DNA of 64,000 nt from Octopus vulgaris (taxonomy: Eukaryota). A model generated the notes under the pieces. It saw only the letters and a program-made list of their open reading frames with translations, did no database searches and had not been told where the DNA came from. This document shows, piece after piece, positions 13,875 to 26,520 of the stretch (position 1 is its first letter; the number at the start of each line of letters is the position of its first letter). The stretch covers positions 5,270,001 through 5,334,000 of the forward strand of contig OX597814.1 of the NCBI GenBank assembly GCA_951406725.2, written 5' to 3'. Made by a program: the position numbers and the translations under genes.

Positions 13875-14602
13875 GGGGTAATTGCAGTTACGCACCGCTC
13901 CTTGAAAAATGCATTTTGTCGAAAAAAATTTTTTCGGATCCCTACGTTTCAGAGATTACGAATAGGCAAAAAAAAAAAACCCACAACCATCACCCCGCCC
14001 CTTTAAAATTTCGAACTTTTTCGAAATGTTTCTTTCCCTATATTTCAGATGACGGAAATTCCGAATATGCAAGAAACTACGTTTTCAAAATGCTAAATTC
14101 AATAGATATGAATGTCTTCCTGGGGCTAAACACAACAGTAACACCGTCTTCTTTCTATAGGACTGCCATATTTAGTTGCCAAATATATTTTATGATTAAA
14201 CGGACAGGGATAAATAGACAGACAGATAAATAATTGGATGAAAAAGTTCAAAATTTTAAATTGGGGGAGGGGTGAAATTTGAGCCCCTTATCAAAATTTA
14301 CAACATTAATTGTTTACGATTATTTAAGGCAAACACAAGAAAAACGCTAATTCTTTTCACTTAAATGTTTTTAGATTTAATTTCGATTTGCATATGCTCG
14401 TCAATTCGCTACGATCTCTTTAAAGTAGACAAAATGAACAATTTAAATTGAGGGGAATGGGGTGTGAAATATATATTTTTTGGGGGGAGGGGGGGGGGCA
14501 TATTCGTAATCTTCGATATCTAAAACATAGGAATCCGAAAAAAAAAAAAGTTTTTCCAAAAAGTACATTTTTCGCGGAGAGGTACGAAACTGTATTAGCC
14601 CC
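13875..14602. mobile_element. MITE-like element with imperfect ~90-bp terminal inverted repeats in ANKRD26-like intron 1
   Basis: GGGGTAATTGCAGTTACGCACC...AAAAATGCATTTT...TTCGGATCCTA versus TAGGAATCCGAA...AAAAGTACATTTTT...GGTACGAAACTGTATTAGCCCC. Confidence 0.65.
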
Positions 14603-14770
14603 GTTGAGAAATATAAAAAGTTTTCATAGTTTTAAAGGACTAGAATAACATCTCCGAAGTACACAAAACTTCGTGGAAATATTCTTTCAAAAGGCGCCAA
14701 GATGGGAATTTGTAACTAATTTGAAGGAAAATATGAAAGAATTTATCGAAAATAAAAGTAACTAAGAAAC

Positions 14771-15018
14771 CTGTGGCATTTATCCAGCTGACTGGGATCT
14801 CTTCTGGCGAGAGCTTTAACCTTTTCCAGTTGTCCATACCAAGCAGCTTTGTGTAACTTTCCCAAATCCTTGTCCCGAACAACATAGATACCATTGGCGA
14901 GCGCATTCGATGACAAATTAATACTTTCATTGTCTAAACAGACACTGTCAGATCTCTTTCTGGACAATTTTCCTGCAGAAGGTGAAAACTTCCCTAAATT
15001 TTTAACAAACTTGAGCAT
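14771..15018 (-). CDS. ANKRD26: ANKRD26-like ankyrin-repeat protein, coding exon 1
   Basis: ATG at 15018; MLKFVKNLGK...YVVRDKDLGKLHKAAWYGQLEKVKALARRDPSQLDKCH(R) resembles the ANKRD26/POTE N-terminus (YxVRDxDLGKxHKAA); GT donor at 14770, phase 2. Confidence 0.88.
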
Positions 15019-15375
15019 TGGGACCAAATAACCCACAGTAAAGATGGTTTAGGTAATAAAATTTATCCTGAGAGCAGTGGTCGCCATTACATCAACAATG
15101 TTGTTGTTAGGGGAGAAATATCAATTCGGCAGTGAATATTAAAATTACACACACTTTATAGCTTCCGGAATATTTTCGTTTCCTTGAAAATTCTTTAATT
15201 TTCAAATAATTGTTTTCAAATTTCTAACACTGATATAGTTATATATGCTAATTATCAAAATTATGTTATTTTTCTTTTTTAATCAATAATAAAGAAGTTA
15301 GAAGCACTTGAAGTTATGTAATTTTAGCCAATGAAATAAGTTTACTGTCCTCACAATCGGAAGTCGAAACTGTTT

Positions 15376-15389
15376 GTTACCATGGCAAC
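15376..15389. promoter_or_regulatory. RFX X-box upstream of the ANKRD26-like start, with an adjacent ETS-like CGGAAGT (15358-15364)
   Basis: GTTACCATGGCAAC fits the X-box consensus GTTRCCATGGYAAC, ~360 bp upstream of the ATG. Confidence 0.65.
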
Positions 15390-15454
15390 TCCAGAGTATT
15401 GTTGTTTATCCATATTGGCTAAATTATGTATCTTTGGATAACAACAACAATAAT

Positions 15455-15770
15455 AAAAACATTGTGTACAGTGCTCAGGTGCACTACAACTCATCTAAAG
15501 TGTATGTAGTATAATCAGGTGTAGTTTTGGCGGATTTCGGAAAGCATGAGGGCCTTAAAGGATGCAGTGTCATGGCAGTCAACAACTGACGCAGGCAGTT
15601 TATTCCATGCTTCAGCAACTCTGAGCGTGAAGAAATGTTTCCGAAAGTCATGGGAGCTGTGCTGTTTTCTGACTTTGTAGGCATGTCCACGTGTGTTAGA
15701 CACATGGAGATCAAAAAGGTGTTCAGTGTTGTTGTTGTTGGTGAGGTGGTTGATAACTTTGTGGATGCTT
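15455..15770 (-). mobile_element. CR1-clade LINE 3' end
   Basis: NTRGHAYKVRK...RKHFFTLRVAEAWNKLP.SVV is the typical CR1 ORF2 C-terminus. Confidence 0.85.
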
Positions 15771-16239
15771 CTAATCTCTTTATTATTAATTTTTTGGAGA
15801 GGGTAGGATGAATGCTTCTTTTTAGATCCAAGTGTGGTTGTGTGGTTGAGAAACTTGCTCCCTGACCTCGTGGTTTCAGGTTCAATTCCACTCACAGCAT
15901 TTTGGGTGAAACTAAAGCGTTTGACCAGGTCATAAAAACAAAAACAAAAATAGTGTAATAGGTGTAAAACAACTTCCTCTAAACGAATATGACCAAAAAC
16001 ATGTGCGCTCGCGAAAGTGGGGAGGGGGAGGCCTCGGAAAATTCACATCGTGAATTTCCGAAAGCGTCTGACCCGGGCACAAAAACCAAAAGCAAAATAA
16101 AAGTGTAATAGATGTAAAACTACTTGTTCTAAACAATTATCAAGAACACACACACACACACACACAAAGAGAAATGGTTGGTTCAAGGCAAGTGTGCATT
16201 GAACTGAATTTAAATAAGCAAGAAAGATATTATCAAAGA

Positions 16240-16565
16240 AGAGGCCATCACTCGTGGAAGCGCCATCCAACCAAAATGCAAATATATGGGAAATTACCAC
16301 CTGTGTCATCTCTTGTGAAAGGTAGGAGAGTCCAGTTTGCAGGACATTGTTGTAGAGCTGAAAAAGAGGTAATTTCTACTCTTCTCCTCTGGAAGCCATC
16401 TACTCGCAATACCAGAGGTCGCACACTCTCCTACCCTGATGTAATCTCCAGGGATACAGGCATCCAGCAACAGGACCTCCGTAATGCCATGATGGACTGT
16501 GAAGTCTGGCGTAGTATGGTAAATTCCATTGTCTCGACCACGGTCGAACAATGATGATGATGATC
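16240..16565 (+). mobile_element. RTE LINE 3' end
   Basis: RRVQFAGHCCR...LLWKP...RGR...AMMD..VWR followed by (GAT)n tail. Confidence 0.8.
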
Positions 16566-17589
16566 TTTAGTATCTGTTGTTGTTGTTGTTGTTGTTATTA
16601 TTATTATGGAGTTGAATGTGTGTGTGTGGTGAAGTTATTAATATCAATATCAATAGATTAAGCAAGACCATTGAAGTGAAATAATAGTTTCTATACTTTT
16701 GGTTTGGCACAGCTGAATTGAGTCAAAGACTACATAATACAAGTCAGCAGAAAAAGAGAAAAATGCGATATTCATAACAGTAAAGAAATAAGACCTCCCC
16801 CAAACAGTAACCCTTGTCTTTAAAATCTCCCTAACAAAAAGAAGAGAGGTTGTTTAGCTATGGACTACATTGATCTTTCCATATTGTGGTTTAGCCAAAA
16901 CGTTTGCTCAAATCAAGTAAACTTATGAACCAAATGTAAGCCTAGCCATGACCACCTCAATGGTTCTCTTTCTTTTTGTCAGACATGGCTGTGTGGTTAA
17001 GATGGTTTCAAGTTCAGTTCCACTGCATGGCACTTTGGGCAATTGCCTTCTACTCTACCTGACCCCAGGCTGACCAGTGCCCAGTGAGAGGATTTGGTAG
17101 ATAGAAACTGCGGAAGTCTGCTGTATGCGTGTGTGTGTCTTTGTACCCCACCCTCACTACTTGACAACTGGCATTGGTTTGTTTACATCCCTGTAACTAA
17201 GCAGTTCAGCAAAAAAGTTCAACAGAATAAGTACCAGAGTTTAAAAGAATAAGCATTGGGGTTGATTTGTTTGAGTAAAATCCTTTAAGGCAACACCCTA
17301 GCATGGCTGCAGTCCAATGACTGAAACAAGTAGAAGAGAGTGGTGTACCAAAGATTATACCATTCAATGTGTTCTAATGCTCCTCTTGAGTCATTGCAAG
17401 TGAACATGTGCAATAAAGACATGAGTAGAGAAGAATCTCCAGAGTGATACCATTCAGGGCTTCAGATAGAGCATAATTTTGAGAGAAGAAGAGAGACAAG
17501 GTTAAGAAATGCCTGACTGAGATGGTGCAAACCTCAGCCAGGTCTGAAGATAATAAATTCTTTATTCTTTTATTCTTAAGGTGGCGTTG

Positions 17590-20290
17590 TAGCATCGCTG
17601 GTGTAAATTTCATAGTAGTTATAGAGTCCGGTGTCAGTGTTGATGAAGATGGAACATTTTGATCTTCGACAGTAAAGATGTCTGCTTAGCATCCAGCAAT
17701 GATTTCTGCACATTCTTTGGGATTGTCAGTAACCTGGCCTGTGTGGAGATTGCAAAGGGGGGCCAACTGGAGAGTGAGGCCTCTGCTTTGAATGTACATA
17801 CTTCCAGAACACTTTGCTGTCAGGGTTGGATGCTATGCGCTGTTCGAATTCAAGCACTGCCTTTTTTGTCACCTGCTTGAAATGGTTGGCTGATCTATTG
17901 CGCTTTTTCCTGTTGATCTCTGATTCGTGCATTTTATATTCATGTTCAGCATTGCGGCGTTCTTTCCTGGCAAGTCAGACTGTTGCAGTCTCCCAGATTG
18001 CCCTATTGGGTGGTCTTTATGTGCTTGCGTGGTACCAATGCGCACATGCCGTCCATATTGAATTCAGAATGTTCTGAAGTATAGTGTTCACATCTCCAGA
18101 GGCATAAAATTCGAACAAGTTTTGGCATCACAGCTCAGTACAACAATAGTTCCAGTCTGCTTTATTCCAGTCAAAGCAGGCAGTTTGAAGATGGTTGTGA
18201 TTTTTGTTACAACCAATCAGAGACAAGTCAGCCATGATCATGGAATGATCAGAGTCACCTAAAGGTTCTTCAGTAGTGACACTAATAATTGTTTCAGGAG
18301 AAGTGGTAAATAGCAAATCCAAAGTGTGGTTACCCCTTGTGGGGGAGGTAATGACGTGGGACCAATTTGAATTCAGCACCAGTTCAAGGAAATCGTCTGC
18401 ACTTTGCGGCCAACAGAAGGCCTCCCAGTCAATCTCAGGGAAACTGAAGACCCCTGCAATATAAACATAAGTGGCTGTTTCCATGGCAGCAACTCTGAGG
18501 ATATCAAAAATTTGTGTGTCTTGATGATAATTTGGGGGGTGGTAAACAACTCGCAAGTAGAAGTGTTGACATGGTCATGTATATATTGCAGAAAAATACT
18601 TCCTGCTGAGATTAGTTCAAATCATCACAAGGAATAGCTGATAGATTTGAACAAATGTAAACCATCACACCCCCACCACGGCGATTAATGCGGTCTTTGC
18701 GGAACAGGTTGTAGCTATGCTGAAAACCCATCACAGAGTGCAGAATGTGCCCATGTTTCCGTGACTGTGACGAAATCTGGGTCGATACTTTTGACGTAAG
18801 AGTCAAAAAGATGTACCTTGTTGCATTTACTACAGGCATTTAAGGACAACAGTTTGTATCTGGATTTCAGATGGCAATGATATGCAGGGGATGGCTGATT
18901 GTTCTTGTTTAGTTTCCCATGATTTTTGTATGGCCAGTTATTGTGGGTGCAGTATGCTCAGACCAACTGATATCCCTTATCCATGACTCACCTGACTTGA
19001 CGAATTTCCATATTTGCCCATCATCGTGTAGGCTAAAGCTTTCTTGTGGCATAGAGTTGCGATTTAGGGAAGCTACAGATCTTAGCTTCGGGCGTATGTC
19101 AGGTGGTAGGCCAAGACGTGTCCGAAAGGTAATTCTGTTTTCAAGCTGAGCCCTATCAGCGGCTAGATGGTATGCCCGTGCCTCAGTAGAGTTTGAAAAC
19201 GACAGCCTAATCAATCTGGGTTTTGGATCCTGGTCGGCCAAGGTAGGAAGCACTTTTTGGAGGAACACAGCTTAGGTCCATAGATGTGTTGTCAGTAAAT
19301 GCCTGTAGATCTACCATGTCTTCCGATGCTCTGATGACAATTACCTCATGGGTGGTTGACTCAGTGGCTTCCTCGATGCATCTAGATTCCATAAGAGCTA
19401 CGGGTAAATTGTTGAGCAAGGCACTCTGATACGATCCCTCATTGGGAGGTTTTGCACAGACGCTGGTTTTGATTCCTGCTTTTTCTCGGCTTAAAGCAGA
19501 AATCATTTGTCGAATTTCCGCAACTTCTGTATTAATGGTCAATTTTTGTTGATGTTGAGAAGTATCGGTAGAGGAGGGCATGGTTGGCTGTCGTTCTTGC
19601 AGATGTACTTTGGCTGGAATGGTCAATTTTTATTGTTGAAGAATAACAGGGGAAGAAGACATGGGTGGCTTAAGCTTATGTTGATGTTCTTCAACAGGAA
19701 TGGCCGATTTTTGTTGCTGTTGTTGAAGAGTGACAGGGGAGGAAGACATGGGCGGCTTTAGTTTTTGTTGTTCTTCTTCATCAACAGAAATGGTATTAGG
19801 AGACATAGTAGTCGGTTTTAGTTGCTGTTCAGCAGCAATGGCAGAGGAAGACACGGTTGTCGGGTTTTGTTGTTGCTGTTCGGCAGCAACGGTGGCAGGG
19901 GACACACAAGTCAGGCACTGAAATGACCAGTTTAGTAGCTGGACCATTTCCCAGAGTTTATCCATCATAGAAGTATGGTGTCCTTTTTTTAACAGCTGGG
20001 ATCTTTTGAAAGTTTGTGGCTCATTGAAAGCAGATCGAAACACGACATTTACTGCATTCAACCCATCTATTTCGGAAGGAATTTTCGAGTCCTGTGCATA
20101 GATGACAGATGTGATTTGTTGGGCAACGCTCTATATTGGGACAGCGACCAGTTTTGTCGCATGGCTCATCCACGGATGACAACGTGACAGTTTTGTTCTG
20201 TCTGCCCATCCGTACCGTAGTACAAAAGGTAAACAAACAAAAACCCGAAAAAGACGAAGATCTTGCACACTTGTTACGGAGATAAATAAG
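17590..20290 (-). mobile_element. CR1/L2-like LINE 5' half (ORF1-like region, APE endonuclease, linker), decayed
   Basis: YNLFRKDRINRRGGGVMVY, VYHPP, TRGNHTLDLLFT, LGDSDH, NPDSKVFWKYV. Confidence 0.85.
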
Positions 20291-20506
20291 ATGTTATTAT
20301 TTTTTGTTGTTATTGTTGTTAACTGTTCCCGCTTTCCTCATTGTAGTATGTGTGTATTCAAAAAGATACAACTATATGTACAATCAAGAGATGTAAGGAG
20401 TCAATGGCTGGTGTGTTTATAATATGTTCGCGATACTCACTGCAATGCCTCAGCGAAAAAGAAGAAAGTAGGATTTAAATTCGTTTTGTGGTTACTACTA
20501 GCGAAC

Positions 20507-20669
20507 AGTGGTCCCAGTGCGCACACACGCGCTAGCTAGTCGTGACTAGTCGATCCTACAACGACTACCTAGCAAAGTAAATAAAACACAGAATAAATAA
20601 GTTTTTTTACACAAAGTAAATATTTTTGGCGTAACTTCGGTATAGGTACCGGATACATTTCGAGAAAGA

Positions 20670-20704
<35 letters not shown>

Positions 20705-20895
20705 GGGGGGGGGGAATAGGGTTTCTGTTATCTTCAGGAATGTAAACAAAGCCACTTCCAGTACTTACGGTACTTATACCGAAGGATCGCCGTATTTTTT
20801 GTTAAACAAAGTAAATAAAACACAAAAACACAAAGTAAGGATCGACTAGTCATGGCTAGCTAGCGCGGATGCGCGAGTACGCGCACCGGGACCAG
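20507..20895. mobile_element. MITE with ~50-bp TIRs starting CAGTGGTCCC (hAT-like)
   Basis: 20507-20560 is the reverse complement of the repeat-unit end aggatcgactagtcatgactagctagcgcg...gcgcaccgggacca; similar ends at 13481-13508 and 23280-23320. Confidence 0.65.
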
Positions 20896-21343
20896 AAATG
20901 TAAACAAAGCCACTTCCAGTACTTATACCGAAGGATCGCCGTATTTTTTTGTTAAACAAAGTAAATAAAACACAAAGTAAGGATCGGCTAGTCATGACTA
21001 GCTAGCGCGAGTGCGCGCACCGGGACCAGAAATGTAAACAAAGCCACTTCCAGTACTTATACCGAAGGATCGCCGTATTTTTTTGTTAAACAAAGTAAAT
21101 AAAACACAAAGTAAGGATCGACTAGTCATGACTAGCTAGCGCGAGTGCGCGCACCGGGACCAGAAATGTAAACAAAGCCACTTCCAGTACTTATACCGAA
21201 GGATCGCCGTATTTTTTTGTTAAACAAAGTAAATAAAACACAAAGTAAGGATCGACTAGTCATGACTAGCTAGCGCGAGTGCGCGCACCGGGACCAGAAA
21301 TGTAAACAAAGCCACTTCCCGTACTTATACCGAAAGATCGCCG
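20739..21343 (+). repeat. tandem array, 134-bp period, 4 units plus a partial unit
   Basis: AATGTAAACAAAGCCACTTCC starts at 20739, 20897, 21031, 21165, 21299. Confidence 0.95.
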
Positions 21344-21351
21344 CATTGGCG

Positions 21352-21639
21352 ATGTTTCGCTTGTCGTAGCACACGTTTCCGTCGATTTCCGTAAAAAACT
21401 TTTATTTTTTTACATAAGTAATGAGAGCGAAAGAGACTAAGAGGAAGCGATTTTATGACGAGGAAGTTTCTCTTTGAAGTCTCCGTGTGTGTGTTTGATG
21501 GGGTGTGGGAGACAGAAAGTATGTTGTGTAAGTGAAGTGCTTCTGTTAGTGTGTGCGAAGAGACAGAGAGAGTAATGTGTGAAAGAGAGAAATAACTGAT
21601 TTTTTACTCGGTGTATGTGTATATGTATGTATGCATGTA

Positions 21640-21670
<31 letters not shown>

Positions 21671-22159
21671 GTATGTATGTATGTGTGTATGTATCTATGT
21701 ATGTGTGTAAGTATGTATGTGTGTATGTATCTATGTATGTATGTATGTTACACTGAATCGGCCATACATACTTACACACATACATAGATACATACACACA
21801 CATACATAGATACATACACACATACATACTTACACACATACATAGATACATACACACACACACATACATGCATACATACATATACACATACACCGAGTAA
21901 AAAATTTCAGTTATCTCTCTCTTTCACACATTACTCTCTCTGTCTCTTCACACACACTAACAGAAGCACTTCACTTACACAACATACTGTCTGTCTCCCA
22001 CACCCCATCAAACACACACACACACATGTACATCAATGCTTTGACTTCCTCGTCATAAAATCGCTTCCTCTTAGTCTCTTTCGCTCTCATTACTTATGTA
22101 AAAAAATAAAAGTTTTTTACGGAAATCGACGGAAACGTGTGCTACGACAAGCGAAACAT
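21352..22159. repeat. large inverted repeat, arms ~400 bp
   Basis: ATGTTTCGCTTGTCGTAGCACACGTTTCC... mirrored by ...GGAAACGTGTGCTACGACAAGCGAAACAT; short spacer near 21750-21765. Confidence 0.92.
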
Positions 22160-22833
22160 TGTGCTACGGGCGATAAAAATAAAAGTTTTTTTACGGAAAT
22201 CGACGGAAACGTGTGCTACGACAAGCGAAACATTGTGCTACGAGGCGAAACATTGCCATAAATTGCCAAATGGTTACATATGGGCTTGCGGGAACTTTTG
22301 AAGTAATGAGAGCGAAAGAGAGTAAGAGAAAGCGATTGTATGACGAGGGAAGTTCTTTTGAAGTTACCGTGCATGGCAAGCATTGATGTACATGTGTGTG
22401 TGTGTGTGTGTGTTTGATGGGGTGTGGGAGACAGACAGTATGTTGTGTAAGTGAAGTGTTTCTGTTAGTGTGTGTGAAGAGACAGAGAGAGTAACGTGTG
22501 AAAGAGAGAGATAACTGAAATTTTTTACTCGGTGTATGTGTATATGTATGTATGCATGTATGTGTGTGTGTGTGTATGTATCTATGTATGTGTGTGTGTG
22601 TGTATGGCCGATTCAGTGTAATTTTTTACTCGGTGTATGTGTATATGTATGTATATTACTTCAAAAGTTCCCGCAAGCCCATATGTAAAAAAAAAAAAAT
22701 TTTTACGGAAATCGACGGAAAGGTCTACTAGAGACGAAAGATCGCCACATTGGCATATTAATTTGTTGCAGGAAACATTTTACGTTTTTATTTTGCAACA
22801 GTCATTCTTGTTTGCCTTTATTTTCATTAATGA

Positions 22834-23199
22834 CTAGCAGTATCGCCCGGCGTTGCTCGGGTTTGTTTCGACCCGCTGGAATTGTAATTTTGAAAAGTAA
22901 AAATTTTGTGAACATTTTTCTGGTCGAAATACACCGAAAAGTGGCGACACACCAGTGAAAAAATCGTAAAAAATAGAGATTTTCATAGAAAAAAGCAGCT
23001 TATTGATGTAAATAATTTTTGGTGTTAACATGGTCCGATTTGAATTTTATGTTCTACGGAAGGAAGAGCAGCCCTTCTTCTATCATACTCTCAATTTTGG
23101 TCAACTTGCGCCGCAGGGACTCGGAGGAGATAGTGTTAGTTGAAGGTTACCAAACGTGGCGCACACAGACAACTTTAGCTTTATATAGAGATATAGAGA
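22834..23199 (-). mobile_element. short non-autonomous Helitron
   Basis: minus strand begins A|TCTCTATATCTCTATATAAAG and ends with hairpin CCCGAGCAACGCCGGG...CTGCTAG|T. Confidence 0.75.
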
Positions 23200-24099
23200 T
23201 AACACACACACATTAATACACATACATAGACACACACACACATGTATGTATGGATGTATATATGGGTACTTGTATCGCAGAGTGGTCCCGGTTGCGCACA
23301 TGCGGATTCGCGCGTGCGCACGAGCCAGACGTAGGTACTCGATACTCGATCACCCTTAAATAATTACTTTTTTTTACAGAAACGCGAACGTATATAATGC
23401 GCAAAATTATTCCGTAGAATTTATCAAATTAAATAACGCAAAATTAATATATTTTTTGAAATTGCAAATTATTTAGAATATAAAAATCTGGCTGCTATTT
23501 CTAGGTGCCTGAGTAACAACCTCGCGGATTTACAGATAAATGAATTAATTACTATTTTACAGAATAAAATTAATGAATTAATTATATAAATTAAATAATT
23601 CTTGAAAATTAATTAATATTAATAATATTTTTTGAACAAAGTAAATAATTTTTAAAACTTAAATAATAATTTTTTTTACACAAACGCGAATGGGGAAAAG
23701 GGGGTGGCGAATTCGATTTTTTTATTTTCGTTGAATGAATTGAATGAATAGAAAAAATGTATAATATATGTTGTACATACCTTAATTTTTTCTTTTTCAT
23801 GACATTGTAGCAAAATAGTAGTGAATTATATAAATACCAGCAGTACATTTTTTTTTCTGGGGTATTTTTTTTCAACCTTGTCACATATTTGCACCTTTCA
23901 ATTTAAACAAAGTTTTAATTAAGCAATTACGGCAGCTTAGCAATGGTTTCAATACAGGCGTGACATCTGTATCTCAATTGTTCAAAACCCTTCGAATTTT
24001 TTCGCACGTGATGATATCATAGTGAAAACTTTCAATTACGTGCGCTTAGAAGTACGCTCGCCAATTAATACTACCCAAATTTTGAAGTTCGCGCTCCAC

Positions 24100-25002
24100 T
24101 TGTGTGTGTGTGTGTGCGTGCTTTAGGTGTACGTAGGTATGTGTTTTTGTGTGTGTGTGTCACTGAAGCCATACATACATATATACATACATAACCTCTC
24201 TCTCTCTTTTCTCTCTCAGTCACTCACTACAAAAAGTGAATAAAAAAAGTTCAGTTATTTCTGTCTTTCACTCTCTCTGTCTCTTTACACACACTAACAA
24301 AAGCACTTCACTTACACACCACACTTTCTGTGTCGCACAACCCATCAAACACACACACACACACTCACGCACGCACACATGTACATCAATGCTTTCGGAG
24401 TGAAATGTTAAAATATTGAGTTTTCTCAAATTTTGTCTTAATTGGGGGTGAAATTGAAAGAAATTTTGTATGGCATGACCGAATGGAGTACTTTGAAAAA
24501 TCTTAGGTAAACTCTAATTGAAGAAATTGTGTGAGGAGTAAATCGTTATGTATTTATTTGTTTCTGTTTGCTGTGTTTTTTTTTTTTTGAGTAGTGGTTT
24601 AAGGTACATTTGCAAAGAGAAAGTGGGAGAAATTATGTTGATAGCATGAGTGATCCGTTTTATAGAAATACTTTCAGTTTAATCGTTGCACACTTGCAAA
24701 GAGAAAGTCGTAGAAATTACAGTGATAGCGTGAGTGAATTAGATCGCTCCCTTTTTGTGTGTGTGTGCGTGTGCGTATGCTGTAGCCCACACTAAGAAAA
24801 GCATTTGACTCAGACACCACAATGTGAGTTTTCTCTAAATTTTGCTTAATTGGGGTTGAAATTTTAAAAACCGGACCTGGCAAGACCCGATGCATTCTAC
24901 TCTTAAAAATGCTAGGTAAATTGTAATTGAAGAAATCCTATATTGTAGATTTCTATAAGAGACAAAGGGAGGCAGATAAAATCTGCCTTTTATAATAAGA
25001 GA
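24100..25002 (-). mobile_element. Helitron-like non-autonomous fragment
   Basis: minus-strand start A|TCTCTTATTATAAAAGGCAG; 24160-24395 is homologous to the arms of the 21.4-22.2 kb palindrome. Confidence 0.55.
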
Positions 25003-25269
25003 TTATTTAATAACAGGCAATACAACTTCGATACGAGACACAATTTCCAGAATATTATCAGTTTCCGGAGTTTGTTAAATGAATATTTTTGATAAAATGA
25101 AAATTCTTTAATATACTTGTATAATTTTTTTTTTAATGAAGAAGTGATTTTGTTGGTATGGCTACTTGGAATGCTATAAGCTTTTCGATAATAACTATGT
25201 GATCGCTGCTATTTCTAGCACACTAAACAAGATTAATTTTTAACAAGCTTTCATTTATATATAATCTGT

Positions 25270-26520
25270 GACTGAAAAAGAAAATTTAGCAGTAAAGGCA
25301 CAACGGTAGAGAGCAGCTGAATCGGATGAAACCAGGGCAAAGCGACCGAAACAGGTATCCTGAATATGCACTGAGACCTAGACACGATTCTGTTTCCACT
25401 ACACACGACCAATTGGTTGGTTAGGGTACCTTGAGAGAAGAATATTATACTTCAAAATAATGGTGTTAGATCACAAATTATTGATGCAACACTAAAGAGA
25501 TCTTTTCTTTGCGATCATGTGGAAGTAGTGGAGTTGACAACCAATCTAAGACTTCTTACAGAAGGTCATTCTAATCAAAGAGAGTTTGCTAATTACCTTC
25601 TTGATGTAGGAAATGATAACATTTCTGTTGAACAAAGGCTAGGTTTAATTCAAAATCAAACTACCCAATGACCCTTGCTTTGAGAGGGGTACTCTTTCAG
25701 ATCTATGTGATTTTGTATATGCTGACCTCAAAAATAACTTCACAAACCCTGTGTGGCTTGCAAATAGAACCGTTGTTACTCCACCAAATGAATCAGCACA
25801 ATTTGTGAATGATTTTCTGTTGACCAGGATCCCTGGTGAGCGAAAAATATACAGAAGCTCAGTTGATAATGAAACTCTGTACCTAATTGCATTCATCAAC
25901 AAACTTACACCATCAGGGTTTCCACCACACATTCTCAAACTGAAGGAAAGAAAATGATGCGTAATGCTTCTGAGAAATTTAGATGCTACTAACGGACACT
26001 GCAATGGCACCGTGCTACATCATTGTCAGTTTACATGATCATGTTGTTGAGGCTGAGGTTGTTAACTCTGCTAATCCCAAGAATGCCACATGTATCTCAA
26101 GAAATGGAATTTCCATTTACATGCAAACAATTTCCCGTGAAACCAGCTTTTGCCTTGACGTGCAACAAGGCCCAGGGACAGACTTTTGAACAAATTGGAA
26201 TAGATCTCCTGACACATGGTCAGCTGTATGTTGCATTACACCTAGAGTTCGAAAGAAGCCTAATGTAAAAATATGAGGGAAAAAGAAACAGTATGATTAC
26301 TGACAATTGTGTCTACAAGGAGATACTACTTTAAAGCAAAATATGCTTTTTAGCAAGTTTCAGTATAATGAAAGCAATATTTATTAAGCAAGTGAGAACT
26401 ATTACACCAAGAAATAATTAGACGTAAAATATCATAAAAATGATTAGAATTGGGAATTAAATGGGGAAGTGTTACTGAGTGGCTAGCAGAAAACCGCCCG
26501 GAGGGTGGTCTTTCTGCTAG
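25270..26520 (+). mobile_element. Helitron remnant: PIF1-type helicase pseudogene and 3' terminus
   Basis: LTTNLR, LTPSGFPPHILKLK, LRNLD..NG.CNGT, QFPVKPAFALTCNKAQGQT, HGQLYVAL; terminal hairpin CTAGCAGAAAACCGCCC-GGA-GGGTGGTCTTTCTGCTAG|T. Confidence 0.92.

Noticed and set aside
20739-21343. CRISPR-like regular array
   Set aside because: Units are identical end to end with no unique spacers, there are no cas genes, and the context is eukaryotic.
25751-26268. Host PIF1 helicase gene
   Set aside because: Intronless, frameshifted and followed by a Helitron hairpin-CTAG terminus.
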